From an uncultured Gemmatimonadales bacterium (GTDB taxonomy: Bacteria; Gemmatimonadota; Gemmatimonadetes; Longimicrobiales; Gaopeijiaceae), in contig CAWELD010000010.1 of NCBI GenBank assembly GCA_963809895.1, positions 288,001-352,000 on the forward strand: DNA of 64,000 nucleotides, written 5' to 3'. The translations under genes were made by a program, and so were the position numbers. A model generated the notes under the pieces. The model was not told the DNA's origin. It ran no database searches and was given only the letters and a program-made list of their open reading frames with translations. Each line of letters starts with the position of its first letter. Positions within the stretch are counted from its first letter, which is position 1. This document shows, piece by piece, positions 9,887 to 19,663 of the stretch.

Positions 9887-11098
9887 ATGAGTGAACGTCA
9901 GTTGCGCGTTCTCGTACTGTCCTGGAACTACCCGACGCCGGCGGCTCCGCAGCGGGGATTGTGGGCGGAGCGCATGTGCGACGCCGTGTCGGCCCGGGCC
10001 GAAGTCACGGTCATCGTACCGACGCCCTGGGTGCCGCCTCTCCTGCCGTTCAGGAGCCTGTCGCGGTTCCGGTCGATCCCGCGTGAGGAGCGCCGGGGAT
10101 CGGTGCAGGTCTACTTTCCCCGCGTGCCGGGATCCGTCGAATACCTGACCCACGGCGCCGACGCTCGTCTCGCCGCTCCTCGAGTGCGAGCCCTCGCGCG
10201 ACGCCTCCACGCCGAGCGACCCTTCGACCTGATCCACGCGCACTTCATCTATCCGGACGGGGTCGTAGCGAGTCGGCTCGGGAGAGACCTGGGGATCCCG
10301 GTCATGACCTCGGAGCACGCCTTCTGGACTCCCTGGCTGGTGGACCGGGCGGGTGTCGGTCGTCAGGTGCGGGCCGCGCTTCCCGACATCGATCTGGTTG
10401 CGCCGGTGAGCGAGTTCCTCCTTGACGACGTGAAACGCCATACCCGAGGCGTGACGGAAACGGCCGTGCTGCCCAACGTCCTGGACGACCACGTCTTCTA
10501 CCCCGAGCGGCGGGAGCGCGACCTGAACGAGCTCCTGTTCGTGGGGCTGATCCGACGCTTCAAACGCGTCGACGTTCTCCTGCGGGCGTTGGCCTCGGCT
10601 CGCCGGCACGAGCCAGGCTTGCACCTCAGGATTCTGTCGGCCAACGCCTACAGGGCTTATCGAAAGGACCGCCGCGAGGTTCGCGACCTGATCGCGGAGC
10701 TGGATCTCGAAGAGGCCGTCGAGATCGTGTACGGGTCGGACCCGCCCGCCGTGGCGGAGGCCATGCGGCGCTGTGGGCTCGTGGTGGTGTCCTCCACCCG
10801 CCGCGAGACCTTCTGTTCGGTGGCCGCTGAAGCACTGGGCTGCGGTACGCCATTGGTGCTCACGCGCTGCGGCGGTCCCGAGGAGTTCGTCACCCCGCAA
10901 GACGGGATCATGGTGGAGGCGGACGATCCCGAGGCGCTGTCGAGCGGCATTCTGGAGGCCGTCCGCCGGCGGGAGAGTTTCGATTCGGAGGCCATTCGCC
11001 GGCGGATCGTCGCCCGGTTTGGGCGTGACGCGTGGTGCGACCTCGCCCTGGACACCTACGGACGGGTCGTGGCGACCCCCACGGAGCGGAGCCGATGA
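9887..11098 (+). CDS. GT4 glycosyltransferase
   Basis: LRVLVLSWNYP, FDLIHAHFIYPDG, LLFVG...KRVD, ETFCSVAAEALGCGTP. Confidence 0.9.
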   Translation: MSERQLRVLVLSWNYPTPAAPQRGLWAERMCDAVSARAEVTVIVPTPWVPPLLPFRSLSRFRSIPREERRGSVQVYFPRVPGSVEYLTHGADARLAAPRVRALARRLHAERPFDLIHAHFIYPDGVVASRLGRDLGIPVMTSEHAFWTPWLVDRAGVGRQVRAALPDIDLVAPVSEFLLDDVKRHTRGVTETAVLPNVLDDHVFYPERRERDLNELLFVGLIRRFKRVDVLLRALASARRHEPGLHLRILSANAYRAYRKDRREVRDLIAELDLEEAVEIVYGSDPPAVAEAMRRCGLVVVSSTRRETFCSVAAEALGCGTPLVLTRCGGPEEFVTPQDGIMVEADDPEALSSGILEAVRRRESFDSEAIRRRIVARFGRDAWCDLALDTYGRVVATPTERSR

Positions 11099-12144
11099 GC
11101 AAGAGGGGACGGGTTCCGGGCCTCGACGGTGTCCGCGCCATCGCGGTGCTCGGCGTCATCGCCTCCCACTCGGGGCTCTTCGGCCTCGGCTGGGTGGGCG
11201 TCGACATCTTCTTCGGACTGTCCGGGTACCTGATCACGGGGATCCTGCTGGACGCGAAGCTCCCGGGAATTCCGGCCCGCCGTTACTTCGTCCCGTTCTA
11301 CATGCGCAGGGTGCTTCGTATCCTGCCACTCGCGTGGGCCTTCATCCTGATCGTCGCAGCGGTACGTGGGCAGTGGAGTGGCGTGCCCTGGTACATGGGG
11401 TATCTGGTGAACTGGCTCCCCACGAGCCCTCCGCCTCGGGACCTCGGACACTACTGGTCGTTGGCGGTCGAGGAGCAGTTCTATCTCCTCTGGCCCGCGG
11501 TCGTGTTCCTGGCCTCTCGCAAGACGCTCCTGCGCTTTTCGTTGGGCGTGATCCTCTTCAACGCGCTGTGTCGCTTCACGGTGTCCGTCTGGCCTCCGGA
11601 CTGGGTGACGGCGCAGTGGATGGATCTGGCCACCTTCGCCCGGGCGGACTCGCTGCTCGTGGGTGCCATCATCGCACAGCTCGAGCGGGGCAGGGGATGG
11701 GGAGGAATCGCGTCACGAGCGCTTCCCGTGGCCCTGGCTGCCGGCATGGCGTTGGTAGGCATCCGACTCATGGAGAAGAGTCAGCTGTGGCCGGTGCTCA
11801 CCTACAACCTGAAGTGGCCGGTCATCGCGCTGGGTGTCGGCGCCGGGCTCCTCTGGGTCCTGAGCCGCAGCCCGCGCTTCCTCGAATGGGGATGGCTGGT
11901 CTGGATCGGGCGAGTCAGCTACGGCATCTATGTGATCCACGCGGTCTTCGGCCAGTGGCTGCATGACCACTTCACGCTGGCTCAGGCACCCCTGATCTTC
12001 CTCATTCAGGTCGGGATCACGCTGCCTCTGGCCGCCCTGAGCTGGTATCTGTTCGAGTCACCGATCTTGCGCCTCAAGCGGCGTTGGCCCATGCCGTCGG
12101 CGAAGACCGCCCCGCCCGCGCCTGCGCCCGCCGCCGGCGACTGA
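11095..12144 (+). CDS. Acyltransferase family 3 (OafA-like O-acyltransferase)
   Basis: LDGVRAIA, GVDIFFGLSGYLI, RRVLRILP, HYWSLAVEEQFYLLWP, SYGIYVIH. ATGA overlap. Confidence 0.92.
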   Translation: MSKRGRVPGLDGVRAIAVLGVIASHSGLFGLGWVGVDIFFGLSGYLITGILLDAKLPGIPARRYFVPFYMRRVLRILPLAWAFILIVAAVRGQWSGVPWYMGYLVNWLPTSPPPRDLGHYWSLAVEEQFYLLWPAVVFLASRKTLLRFSLGVILFNALCRFTVSVWPPDWVTAQWMDLATFARADSLLVGAIIAQLERGRGWGGIASRALPVALAAGMALVGIRLMEKSQLWPVLTYNLKWPVIALGVGAGLLWVLSRSPRFLEWGWLVWIGRVSYGIYVIHAVFGQWLHDHFTLAQAPLIFLIQVGITLPLAALSWYLFESPILRLKRRWPMPSAKTAPPAPAPAAGD

Positions 12145-12158
12145 GCAGCGTTCGGGAG

Positions 12159-13340
12159 CTATGCCTGCTCAGCGAGCATCGAATCCTCGTCGACGATGCG
12201 GGTGATCCGGTTCACCCAGGTGCGGATCCGCCACGGATCGAATCTCTCCGACGAGAGGTAGGTGCGCGCCGCATCTCGGTACCGGGCCTCGTCTTCCGGG
12301 GACAGACCATGCAGAAACCTGCGCAATTCGTCGAAGTCGCCGAACTCGCGCATGTCGATGAAGCACTCCGGCGGCACCCAGTCCAGGATGTCCGGCGCTC
12401 CCCAGTAGACGGGAATGGTACCCGCGAAGAAGCAGTCGAAGATCTTCTCGGTGATCCACCCTTTGAGCATGCTGTTCTCGAAGCAGAGGGCGAATCGATA
12501 CCGTGAGATCGTCTCCGACTTCGAGGGCGCCGCGCCGCGCCACGCGGCGGCGGCCGCGACGTACAAAGGGTCCGGGCTGAGGCGTTGCGAGGCGGCGCGC
12601 AGCCAGGATTCGACGCGCCGGAGGGTCGCGGGAGTCCAGGTTTTTCCCACGCGGACCGGGGGTCGGTTCCAATTCCGTCCGTAGAGATCGATCTCGTCGT
12701 GCCTGTGGAAGTACTCGACCGCTTCCAAGCGCGCCGTGTAGAGCTCGTCCACGTAGAGGCGAGGCAGCTTGTTGGCGTTCATCATCACCAGGAAGCCGCG
12801 ATCGCGTCTGGCCCAGATCTCGTCGTGAACCGCGTCGAAGGACTGGGGCCAGCAAAAGTGTTCCAGGGCCACGGGCTCGTGGGTGAAGGGAAGGAGCGCC
12901 TGGGTGTCGCTCCAGGAGAGGACTCGGCGAAACAACCGGCCGAGCTCGGGGAGCGCCACGAACAGGGTGGGCTCGACGATGGGGCACTCCATGGCGAAGA
13001 ATGCGCTCATCACGACATCGGGACGACGGGCCAGCGCCCTGTATCGCCTCACGGTGAGTGTCGCCATGCGGTCCGGGACTCCGAAGGAGATCAGGAGGTT
13101 CCGCCGGCCGTCGGACCGTTCGGGCAGCCGGTCGGCGGTGTCGACGTGGAAGCCCCGCTCGACGAGCGCGTCTTTCATGGCCGCGTAGGGGGCCAGGATA
13201 TCGTCGCCGGCGTAGGGGTTGCTGCCTCGTTCGAAGAGTCGGCCCCCGAGCTGGTGGTGCGTGGCCGGATCGAAGTAGACCGCCACCTTCGACGTGGTGG
13301 CGCCGGGTCCCTCTACGCGGTCGTCCACGTTCGGTACCAT
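12159..13340 (-). CDS. GT10 (alpha-1,3/4-fucosyltransferase-like) glycosyltransferase
   Basis: YRFALCFENSMLKGWITEKIFDCFFAGTIPVYWG motif. Overlaps the asnB-like 3' end. Confidence 0.88.
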   Translation of the reverse strand: MVPNVDDRVEGPGATTSKVAVYFDPATHHQLGGRLFERGSNPYAGDDILAPYAAMKDALVERGFHVDTADRLPERSDGRRNLLISFGVPDRMATLTVRRYRALARRPDVVMSAFFAMECPIVEPTLFVALPELGRLFRRVLSWSDTQALLPFTHEPVALEHFCWPQSFDAVHDEIWARRDRGFLVMMNANKLPRLYVDELYTARLEAVEYFHRHDEIDLYGRNWNRPPVRVGKTWTPATLRRVESWLRAASQRLSPDPLYVAAAAAWRGAAPSKSETISRYRFALCFENSMLKGWITEKIFDCFFAGTIPVYWGAPDILDWVPPECFIDMREFGDFDELRRFLHGLSPEDEARYRDAARTYLSSERFDPWRIRTWVNRITRIVDEDSMLAEQA

Positions 13341-15196
13341 TGATCGAGGATGAAGGCGGAGTGGATGATGGCCGTGAAGCGGGCTCGACCGCCGGCCTGG
13401 GCGCCGGTGAGCTCCTGGAGCCGATCCAGGTCGAGAAGGTCGCCCAGCGGACCCGACTCGGCCGCGGCGCGCACCTTCCGGGCCATGGTCGAATCGCCGC
13501 CCAGCCATTCCGGTAAGGGGAGCGCGAATCCCTGTTTGCGCCGGTCGAGCAGGTCGTCGGGGAGCCACGGTCGAACCGCGTCTTTGAGCGCGATCTTCGC
13601 GGAATCCCGGCTCGCCAGGGAACGGGCCGGGAGGTCGGCGGCCAGCTCCATGACGTCCCGGTGGAGGAAGAGTGGACGCACCTCGAGGGAGACGGCCATG
13701 CTGGCGCGGTCCACCTTCGTCAGCATGTCGCCGGGCAACGTCAGTGTGAAGTCCAGGTGGCGCATTGCATTCACCAGACCTACCTCCTGCGGAGGGGCGT
13801 CCCGCAGCAGGTGATCCACGAGGCGATGCGGATCGTAGTGCTTCAATGTGTCCGCAAGGGGTCCCCGGGCCACCTGACGCAGCAGTGGCAGCGGGAAGCC
13901 GTGACAGAGCATGTCCGCCAGCATCGGGGCCGGCGCCAGGCCGTACTGCCGCAGCGTCCGGCGCCAGTGGCTACCTTCGGGAAGGGTCCGGCGGGCCAGG
14001 TCCGCGACCACCCGTGCCACCGTGCGGGGCACGATACGGCCCACCTCGTTCATCCGAACCAACCGCTGGTACTTTCGATAGCCGGCGAAGATCTCGTCGG
14101 CACCGTCGCCGGACAGCGCCACCGTGATGGCGCTACGAGCCTCACGACACAGGTAGTAGGTCGGAAAGGCGGAGTAGTCCCCGAACGGCTCGTCGTAGTG
14201 CCAGGCGAGCTTGTCGAAGACCGTGACAACGTCCGACGGGTCCACCGTGCGCTCGACGTGGGCCGTGTGATACCGGTCCGCGACTCGCCGCGCCCAGCGC
14301 CGTTCGTCGTAGTCCGCGGCGTCGAACCCGATCGTGAAGCTCTGCACGTCGTGGCCGGAGAGGCTGAGGGCCGCCGTGACGGACGACGAATCGACCCCGC
14401 CGCTGAGAAAGGTGCCCAGGGGCACATCGGCCACGGCCATCTCGTCGGCGGCGGCCAGGATCCGCTGCCGGATCTCCTCGCTCCCGGCTCGGCGGCCGTC
14501 ACGGAACGGCAAGGACCAGTAACGGCGCGGCTCCTGCACCGTCGGTGGCCCCTGGCGGCCGATCTGGACCGTGATGCAGTGGGCCGGAGGGAGCTTGCGC
14601 ACGTCCTTCCAGATTGTCCGCGGGTCGGTGATGAACCCGAAGGCGAGGAAATCGATCACGGCCTCGTGGTCGATTCGCCGGGGGAGTCCGGGCCATTCCA
14701 GCAGCGCCTTCAACTCCGACGCGAAGAGGAAGGCGTCTCCGACGTGGGCGTAGTGGAAGGGCTTCTCACCGGCCCGGTCCCGGGCGCAGAAGAGCCGGCG
14801 CTCCTCGGCGTCCCAGATGGCGAAGGCGAACTGCCCCGACAGCCGGTCCAGCAGGTGCGGGCCCCAGCGCCGGTAGGCCTCCAGGAGCACCTCGGTGTCG
14901 GACTCCGTACGAAAGCGCATCCCCCCGGCGGCCAGCTCGTCGCGGATCCCGCGGAAGTTGTAGATCTCACCGTTGAAGGTGACGGTCAGCCGACCGTCGG
15001 GAGAGACCATGGGCTGGTTGGACCGGGCGTCGAGGTCGATGATCGACAGCCGACGATGGCCCAGGACCACGGTCCGGTCCTCGGTGTGCCACAGTCCCGC
15101 GTGATCCGGTCCCCGATGGGCCAGCGTGTCGCGCATGCGTTCCACCAGCGCCGGGTCCACGGTGCCGGCGGCGACGACGCCCACGATTCCACACAT
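13313..15196 (-). CDS. asnB: Asparagine synthase (glutamine-hydrolysing)-type amidotransferase, probably glycan-amidating
   Basis: MCGI N-terminus, HRGPD, GHRRLSIID, FNGEIYN, LSGGVDSS, SGDGADE, KVDRASM, RRKQGF. Confidence 0.93.
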   Translation of the reverse strand: MCGIVGVVAAGTVDPALVERMRDTLAHRGPDHAGLWHTEDRTVVLGHRRLSIIDLDARSNQPMVSPDGRLTVTFNGEIYNFRGIRDELAAGGMRFRTESDTEVLLEAYRRWGPHLLDRLSGQFAFAIWDAEERRLFCARDRAGEKPFHYAHVGDAFLFASELKALLEWPGLPRRIDHEAVIDFLAFGFITDPRTIWKDVRKLPPAHCITVQIGRQGPPTVQEPRRYWSLPFRDGRRAGSEEIRQRILAAADEMAVADVPLGTFLSGGVDSSSVTAALSLSGHDVQSFTIGFDAADYDERRWARRVADRYHTAHVERTVDPSDVVTVFDKLAWHYDEPFGDYSAFPTYYLCREARSAITVALSGDGADEIFAGYRKYQRLVRMNEVGRIVPRTVARVVADLARRTLPEGSHWRRTLRQYGLAPAPMLADMLCHGFPLPLLRQVARGPLADTLKHYDPHRLVDHLLRDAPPQEVGLVNAMRHLDFTLTLPGDMLTKVDRASMAVSLEVRPLFLHRDVMELAADLPARSLASRDSAKIALKDAVRPWLPDDLLDRRKQGFALPLPEWLGGDSTMARKVRAAAESGPLGDLLDLDRLQELTGAQAGGRARFTAIIHSAFILDQWYRTWTTA

Positions 15197-15205
15197 GCGC
15201 CGCCG

Positions 15206-16279
15206 CTACGCCCAGAGAGGCTCGAGCCGCTTCGGCCTGTCCTTCACGTGCCAACGGCGGAACATGCGCATCGCCAGCCACTCCATCCTGGGCAGCCGCA
15301 GCACGGCCCAAAGGCCGACCATCAGCGCCAGGAGACGCCAACGCTCGACGTTGCGGGAGCGGAAGATCGCGCCGGCCTGCACCTGCTGGAGCGCGGCCCT
15401 CCCTGCGCGTTGCTCGCCCTTGATGTAGTGACTGATGGCCGCCATGAGGCGGTCTTCGGAACGATGAGCCTCGAAGTCCGTGAGCGCGTCGGGCTCGGCC
15501 AGGGAGCGGCCGCCATCGTCCAGGTACTCGTCCATGATCCAGAAGAAGTTCTCGGGTTCCGTGCGCAGGCGGTGGTAGAGCTGCGATGAATTACCGTGGA
15601 AATGGCGATACTTCATGAGGTGGTCCTCCAGCACGGCGACCGGATGGCGGCGGGCGATGCGCAGCCACATTTCCAGATCCGCGGTGTTCCGATAGCGGTC
15701 CTGACGGTACAGCCCGACCTCCCGGTGCACGGACGCCCGTACCATGGCGGTGGGACAGACGAGGAACCGGTTCTTGTAGCGCAGGAGAGCGTTCAGCACG
15801 GTCCGGAAGTCCAGCGGCGCCTCGCCTTGCACGTCCGGGGGGAGGACCATGCGGCCGTACTCGCGTCCGCTGGCGTCGACGAAGATGTCGGAGGTGAAGA
15901 CCGCGCCCACCTCGGGGTGCGAGGCGAGGTAGTCCACCTGTGCCTGGACGATTCCCGGCAGGTAGACGTCGTCGGCGTGGTAGGTGGCGATGAGCTCGCC
16001 ACGGGCACGCTCGATCCCGAGATTGACGGTGTCGTAGATGCCGCGATTCTCGGTCTGCCGCACGTAGGTGATGCGATTCCCGTATTCTCCGGCGATGGCA
16101 GGCGTCGCATCCTCGGACGCATCGTCGACGAGGATCACCTCCATGCGAGGGTAGGTCTGGTCCAGGATCGAGTCCAGCGCCTCGCGCAGGTACGAGGCTC
16201 CGTTGAAGCACGGGACCACCACGGACACGAGGGGCACGAGGTCGGACCGGGGTGGTTGGACTCGGGGGGGCTCGGCCAT
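15206..16279 (-). CDS. GT2 glycosyltransferase
   Basis: VSVVVPCFN, EVILVDDASED, YHADD, DLEMWLR. Confidence 0.9.
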   Translation of the reverse strand: MAEPPRVQPPRSDLVPLVSVVVPCFNGASYLREALDSILDQTYPRMEVILVDDASEDATPAIAGEYGNRITYVRQTENRGIYDTVNLGIERARGELIATYHADDVYLPGIVQAQVDYLASHPEVGAVFTSDIFVDASGREYGRMVLPPDVQGEAPLDFRTVLNALLRYKNRFLVCPTAMVRASVHREVGLYRQDRYRNTADLEMWLRIARRHPVAVLEDHLMKYRHFHGNSSQLYHRLRTEPENFFWIMDEYLDDGGRSLAEPDALTDFEAHRSEDRLMAAISHYIKGEQRAGRAALQQVQAGAIFRSRNVERWRLLALMVGLWAVLRLPRMEWLAMRMFRRWHVKDRPKRLEPLWA

Positions 16280-16416
16280 GTTTGGTCGGCGAAGGACGGG
16301 GGATCCTGGGAGGGGCGCCGTCACAGCGGACCCATACCTTGAACATTGCGGGCACGATAGCACATGCCGCCAGGGTCGAGTAGGCCCCGCCGCACCGAGG
16401 GAGGAGTCGTGAAGGT

Positions 16417-17499
16417 ATGAACGTCCAGGGAATCCCGTATCGCTCCATCTGGCTGGAGGACGACGGCGAGACGGTGCGCATCATCGACCAGACCTGCCTG
16501 CCCCACGCCTTCGTCACGCCGGTCTTGCACACGGTGGACGGCGCGGCGGAGGCCATCCGGATCATGCGAGTCCGGGGCGCTCCTCTGATCGGCGCGACCG
16601 CCGCGTTCGGAGTTGCGCTGGCGATGCGCCAGGACCCGTCAGACGAAATGCTGGAGCGCGCCTGCCGCCTCCTTCTCGGTACCCGGCCCACCGCGGTCAA
16701 TCTCCGCTGGGCGTTGGAGGAGATGCGCACGCACCTGACGACCCTCGATCCGGCGCGACGCGCGAAGGCCGCATTCCGCCGCGCCCAGGAGATCGCCGAC
16801 GACGATGTCGCCATAAACCGGGCCATCGGCGACCACGGACTGGAGTTGCTGCGGGCGGCCCACCGGGAGAAGGGCGACACGGTGAACATTCTCACCCACT
16901 GCAACGCCGGGTGGCTCGCCACCGTGGATCGGGGAACCGCGCTGGCACCGGTGTATCGAGCGTTCGATGAGGGCCTCCCCGTGCACGTCTGGGTGGACGA
17001 GACCCGCCCCCGCAACCAGGGAGCTCGCCTGACCGCCTGGGAGTTGGCGCAGCACGGCGTGCCCCACACGGTGATCGTGGACAACGCCGGAGGACACCTG
17101 ATGCAGAGGGGGCAGGTCGACCTGTGCATCACCGGTACCGACCGTACAGCCGCCAACGGGGACGTCTGCAACAAGATCGGCACCTACCTGAAGGCGCTGG
17201 CCGCCCACGACACCGGTGTGCCGTTCTACGTGGCGCTGCCGTCGCCCACCATCGACTGGACCCTCGCCTCCGGGCGCGACATTCCCATCGAAGAACGCTC
17301 CCCGGACGAGGTCGCCTCCGTGACCGTGTGCGGTGCCGACGGCGAGGCCGTGTCCGTGCGCCTGACGCCGGAAGCGAGCCCGGCGGCGAACTACGCCTTC
17401 GACGTCACGCCGGCGCGGCTGGTCACCGCGTTGATCACCGAACGGGGTGTGTGCCCGGCGTCCGAGGCCGGTCTACGGGGGCTCTTCGCGGACCGGTAG
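16417..17499 (+). CDS. mtnA: S-methyl-5-thioribose-1-phosphate isomerase
   Basis: [55 protein letters not shown]. Confidence 0.95.
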   Translation: MNVQGIPYRSIWLEDDGETVRIIDQTCLPHAFVTPVLHTVDGAAEAIRIMRVRGAPLIGATAAFGVALAMRQDPSDEMLERACRLLLGTRPTAVNLRWALEEMRTHLTTLDPARRAKAAFRRAQEIADDDVAINRAIGDHGLELLRAAHREKGDTVNILTHCNAGWLATVDRGTALAPVYRAFDEGLPVHVWVDETRPRNQGARLTAWELAQHGVPHTVIVDNAGGHLMQRGQVDLCITGTDRTAANGDVCNKIGTYLKALAAHDTGVPFYVALPSPTIDWTLASGRDIPIEERSPDEVASVTVCGADGEAVSVRLTPEASPAANYAFDVTPARLVTALITERGVCPASEAGLRGLFADR

Positions 17500-17508
17500 C
17501 CCGGCGCC

Positions 17509-19506
17509 TCACACCACCCGGTCGCTTCCGCCGTCGATGGGGATCTGGGCACCCGTGGTACCCCGAAAGGTCGGCCCTGCCAGCGCCACCACCGCCCGGG
17601 CCACGTCGTCCGACGTCAGCTCGACCCCCAGCAGGTTGTTCTTCCGGTACTCGTCCTCGGTGATGCCGTAGTGGCCCGCCCTCTCCGCCAGCACCTCCGG
17701 GCTCCAGGCGCCCGTGTCGAAGATGGCGTGGGGATGCAAGACGTTGACCCGCACGCCTCCCGGGCCCAGCTCCAGCGCAGCGACGCGGGCGAGCTGGGTG
17801 AGTCCGGCCTTGGCCGCGGAATACGCCACGGCCCCCACGCCGGGAGCGGGCACGTTCTTCGAGGCGACGATCACCACGGCGGGATCGAAGCCGTGGCTCA
17901 GGTACGGAGCCGCCGCACGCAGCAGATGCAGGTGGCTGGACAGGTTGAGCCGGAGGCTGTCGTCCCAGACCTCGTCCGGGAGCGATTCGATGCGGTGGCT
18001 CGGCGGAAAGGACCCGGCGTTGCTCACCACGATGTCCAGACCACCGAACTGGCGCACGGCAGCGCGAACCGAGTCCTCCACCGCGGCCCGGTCCGTCGCG
18101 TCGCAGGTCACGCCCAGATAGGAGGGACCCGCCGGACCATGGGCCACGGCCGGGTCGATATCCGTGGCCACCACGGCCGCGCCGGCGGCGTGGAGCGCCC
18201 GGGCGCTGGCCGCGCCGATGCCGCTGGCGGCTCCGGTCACCAGCGCCACCTTGCCGGCGAGGTGCGGCCGGGCACCCGTACGCCGAAGCTTGGCCTGCTC
18301 GAGCTCCCAGTACTCCACCTCGAAGAGATCGTGCTCGGGCAGGGCCTTCCATCCCCCCAGGCGCTCCGCAGTGAGGATGGCGCGGGCCGTGTGGCGGGTG
18401 ATGTCACGGACGATGCCGGCCGCGCGGGCCGAATCCCCGATTGCGACGGATCCTCTCCCCTTCCACACGATCCATCGGGGCGCCGGGTCCAACATCTGCA
18501 GCTCCGGGTTGGCATGGCGCTCGAAGTAGGCTGCGTAGTCGTGTACGTACCCGGCGACCGCGTCGTCCGGCTCGCCATCGTCGCCGAAAACCAGAGGGCG
18601 GGGCTTGGTGCGAATCACGTGATCCGGCGTCAGCGGGCCCCGGGTCGCGACATCGTCGACACGGGCGTCCGAGGCCAGAGCCCGGGCGTCGGGCCCATCG
18701 TCCAGAGACGCCAGCACCGGTGCGCCGCGTGCCCGGCCGACCGCGCCCCTGAGTCTCGCCAGAAGCTCCAGGGCTTCGTCGCCCGTGGCGCCCGCGGCGT
18801 ACCCCGCTGCCGGAGACGACGAAGACGAGGCGCCGGCGCTCGTGAGATGGTCTTCGGCGAGGCTCACCAGCTCGATCATGCGCTCGTAGCTCGTGCGGGC
18901 ATCGGGGCCGAAGGTGAAGACCCCGTGGTTGAGCAGGATCATGCCGTCGAGGGCATTCCAGTCCAGGTCACGAGTCATCTCGTGCACCGTGCGCGCCAGG
19001 ACGAACCCGGGCATGACGTAGGGCACCACCAGCACCCGATCCCCGTAGATTTCGCGAATGCGCGCCTCGCCGTCGGCGGTGTTGCTCACCGTCACCACGG
19101 CGTCCGCGTGGGTGTGGTCGACCCAGGCGTGGGGGATGATGGCGTGCAGGACGGCCTCCACCGAAGGCGTGGGCGCATCGGCGTCGAGCATGGCCGCACG
19201 TTGCGCCCGGACCATGTCGCCATCAGCCAGCTCGGGCAGATCCGCCATCCTTCGGAGCACCTCCAACCGAACCGGAGCGAATCCGGCGGGCTGGATGGTC
19301 GCCAGGTCCCACCCGCTGCCCTTCACGTAGAGCACCGCTTCCTCGTCGCCGAAGAGGTCGGTAGCGGTGGTCTTCACCGACGTGTTGCCGCCGCCGTGCA
19401 GCACCAGCGACGGCTCGCCGCCCAGGAGACGGGACGTGTAGGCGCGGAGGGCGACGGGAGACGCCGCGAAGCGGGCGGCGTCGTTATCGCTCCAGAGAGA
19501 ACGCAT
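17509..19506 (-). CDS. Bifunctional class II aldolase / short-chain dehydrogenase (RhaD/YuxG-like)
   Basis: HGGGNTSVK, KGSGWDL, PSVE, HTHAD, NHG, TPDH; C-terminal TGAASGIG, NAG, ASKN, YSAAK. Confidence 0.92.
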   Translation of the reverse strand: MRSLWSDNDAARFAASPVALRAYTSRLLGGEPSLVLHGGGNTSVKTTATDLFGDEEAVLYVKGSGWDLATIQPAGFAPVRLEVLRRMADLPELADGDMVRAQRAAMLDADAPTPSVEAVLHAIIPHAWVDHTHADAVVTVSNTADGEARIREIYGDRVLVVPYVMPGFVLARTVHEMTRDLDWNALDGMILLNHGVFTFGPDARTSYERMIELVSLAEDHLTSAGASSSSSPAAGYAAGATGDEALELLARLRGAVGRARGAPVLASLDDGPDARALASDARVDDVATRGPLTPDHVIRTKPRPLVFGDDGEPDDAVAGYVHDYAAYFERHANPELQMLDPAPRWIVWKGRGSVAIGDSARAAGIVRDITRHTARAILTAERLGGWKALPEHDLFEVEYWELEQAKLRRTGARPHLAGKVALVTGAASGIGAASARALHAAGAAVVATDIDPAVAHGPAGPSYLGVTCDATDRAAVEDSVRAAVRQFGGLDIVVSNAGSFPPSHRIESLPDEVWDDSLRLNLSSHLHLLRAAAPYLSHGFDPAVVIVASKNVPAPGVGAVAYSAAKAGLTQLARVAALELGPGGVRVNVLHPHAIFDTGAWSPEVLAERAGHYGITEDEYRKNNLLGVELTSDDVARAVVALAGPTFRGTTGAQIPIDGGSDRVV

Positions 19507-19548
19507 GCGAGAGTCCGTGGCTGAGAAGGTGCGAGCCGAACGCGAAGG

Positions 19549-19578
19549 TTGACAATGGCGAAACCGGGCTCGTACGGT
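19549..19578 (+). promoter_or_regulatory. Putative sigma70 promoter for the radical SAM/GT2-like operon
   Basis: TTGACA (19549-54), 18 nt, TACGGT (19573-78) in a divergent intergenic region. Confidence 0.5.
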
Positions 19579-19663
19579 TCAAACAAGCTGTTGTAGCTCC
19601 GTCCCCACGGCAAAGGCGGCAACGCCTTCCCGGCCCGAGCGGCATTGCCGTTCGGGCTCTGCC

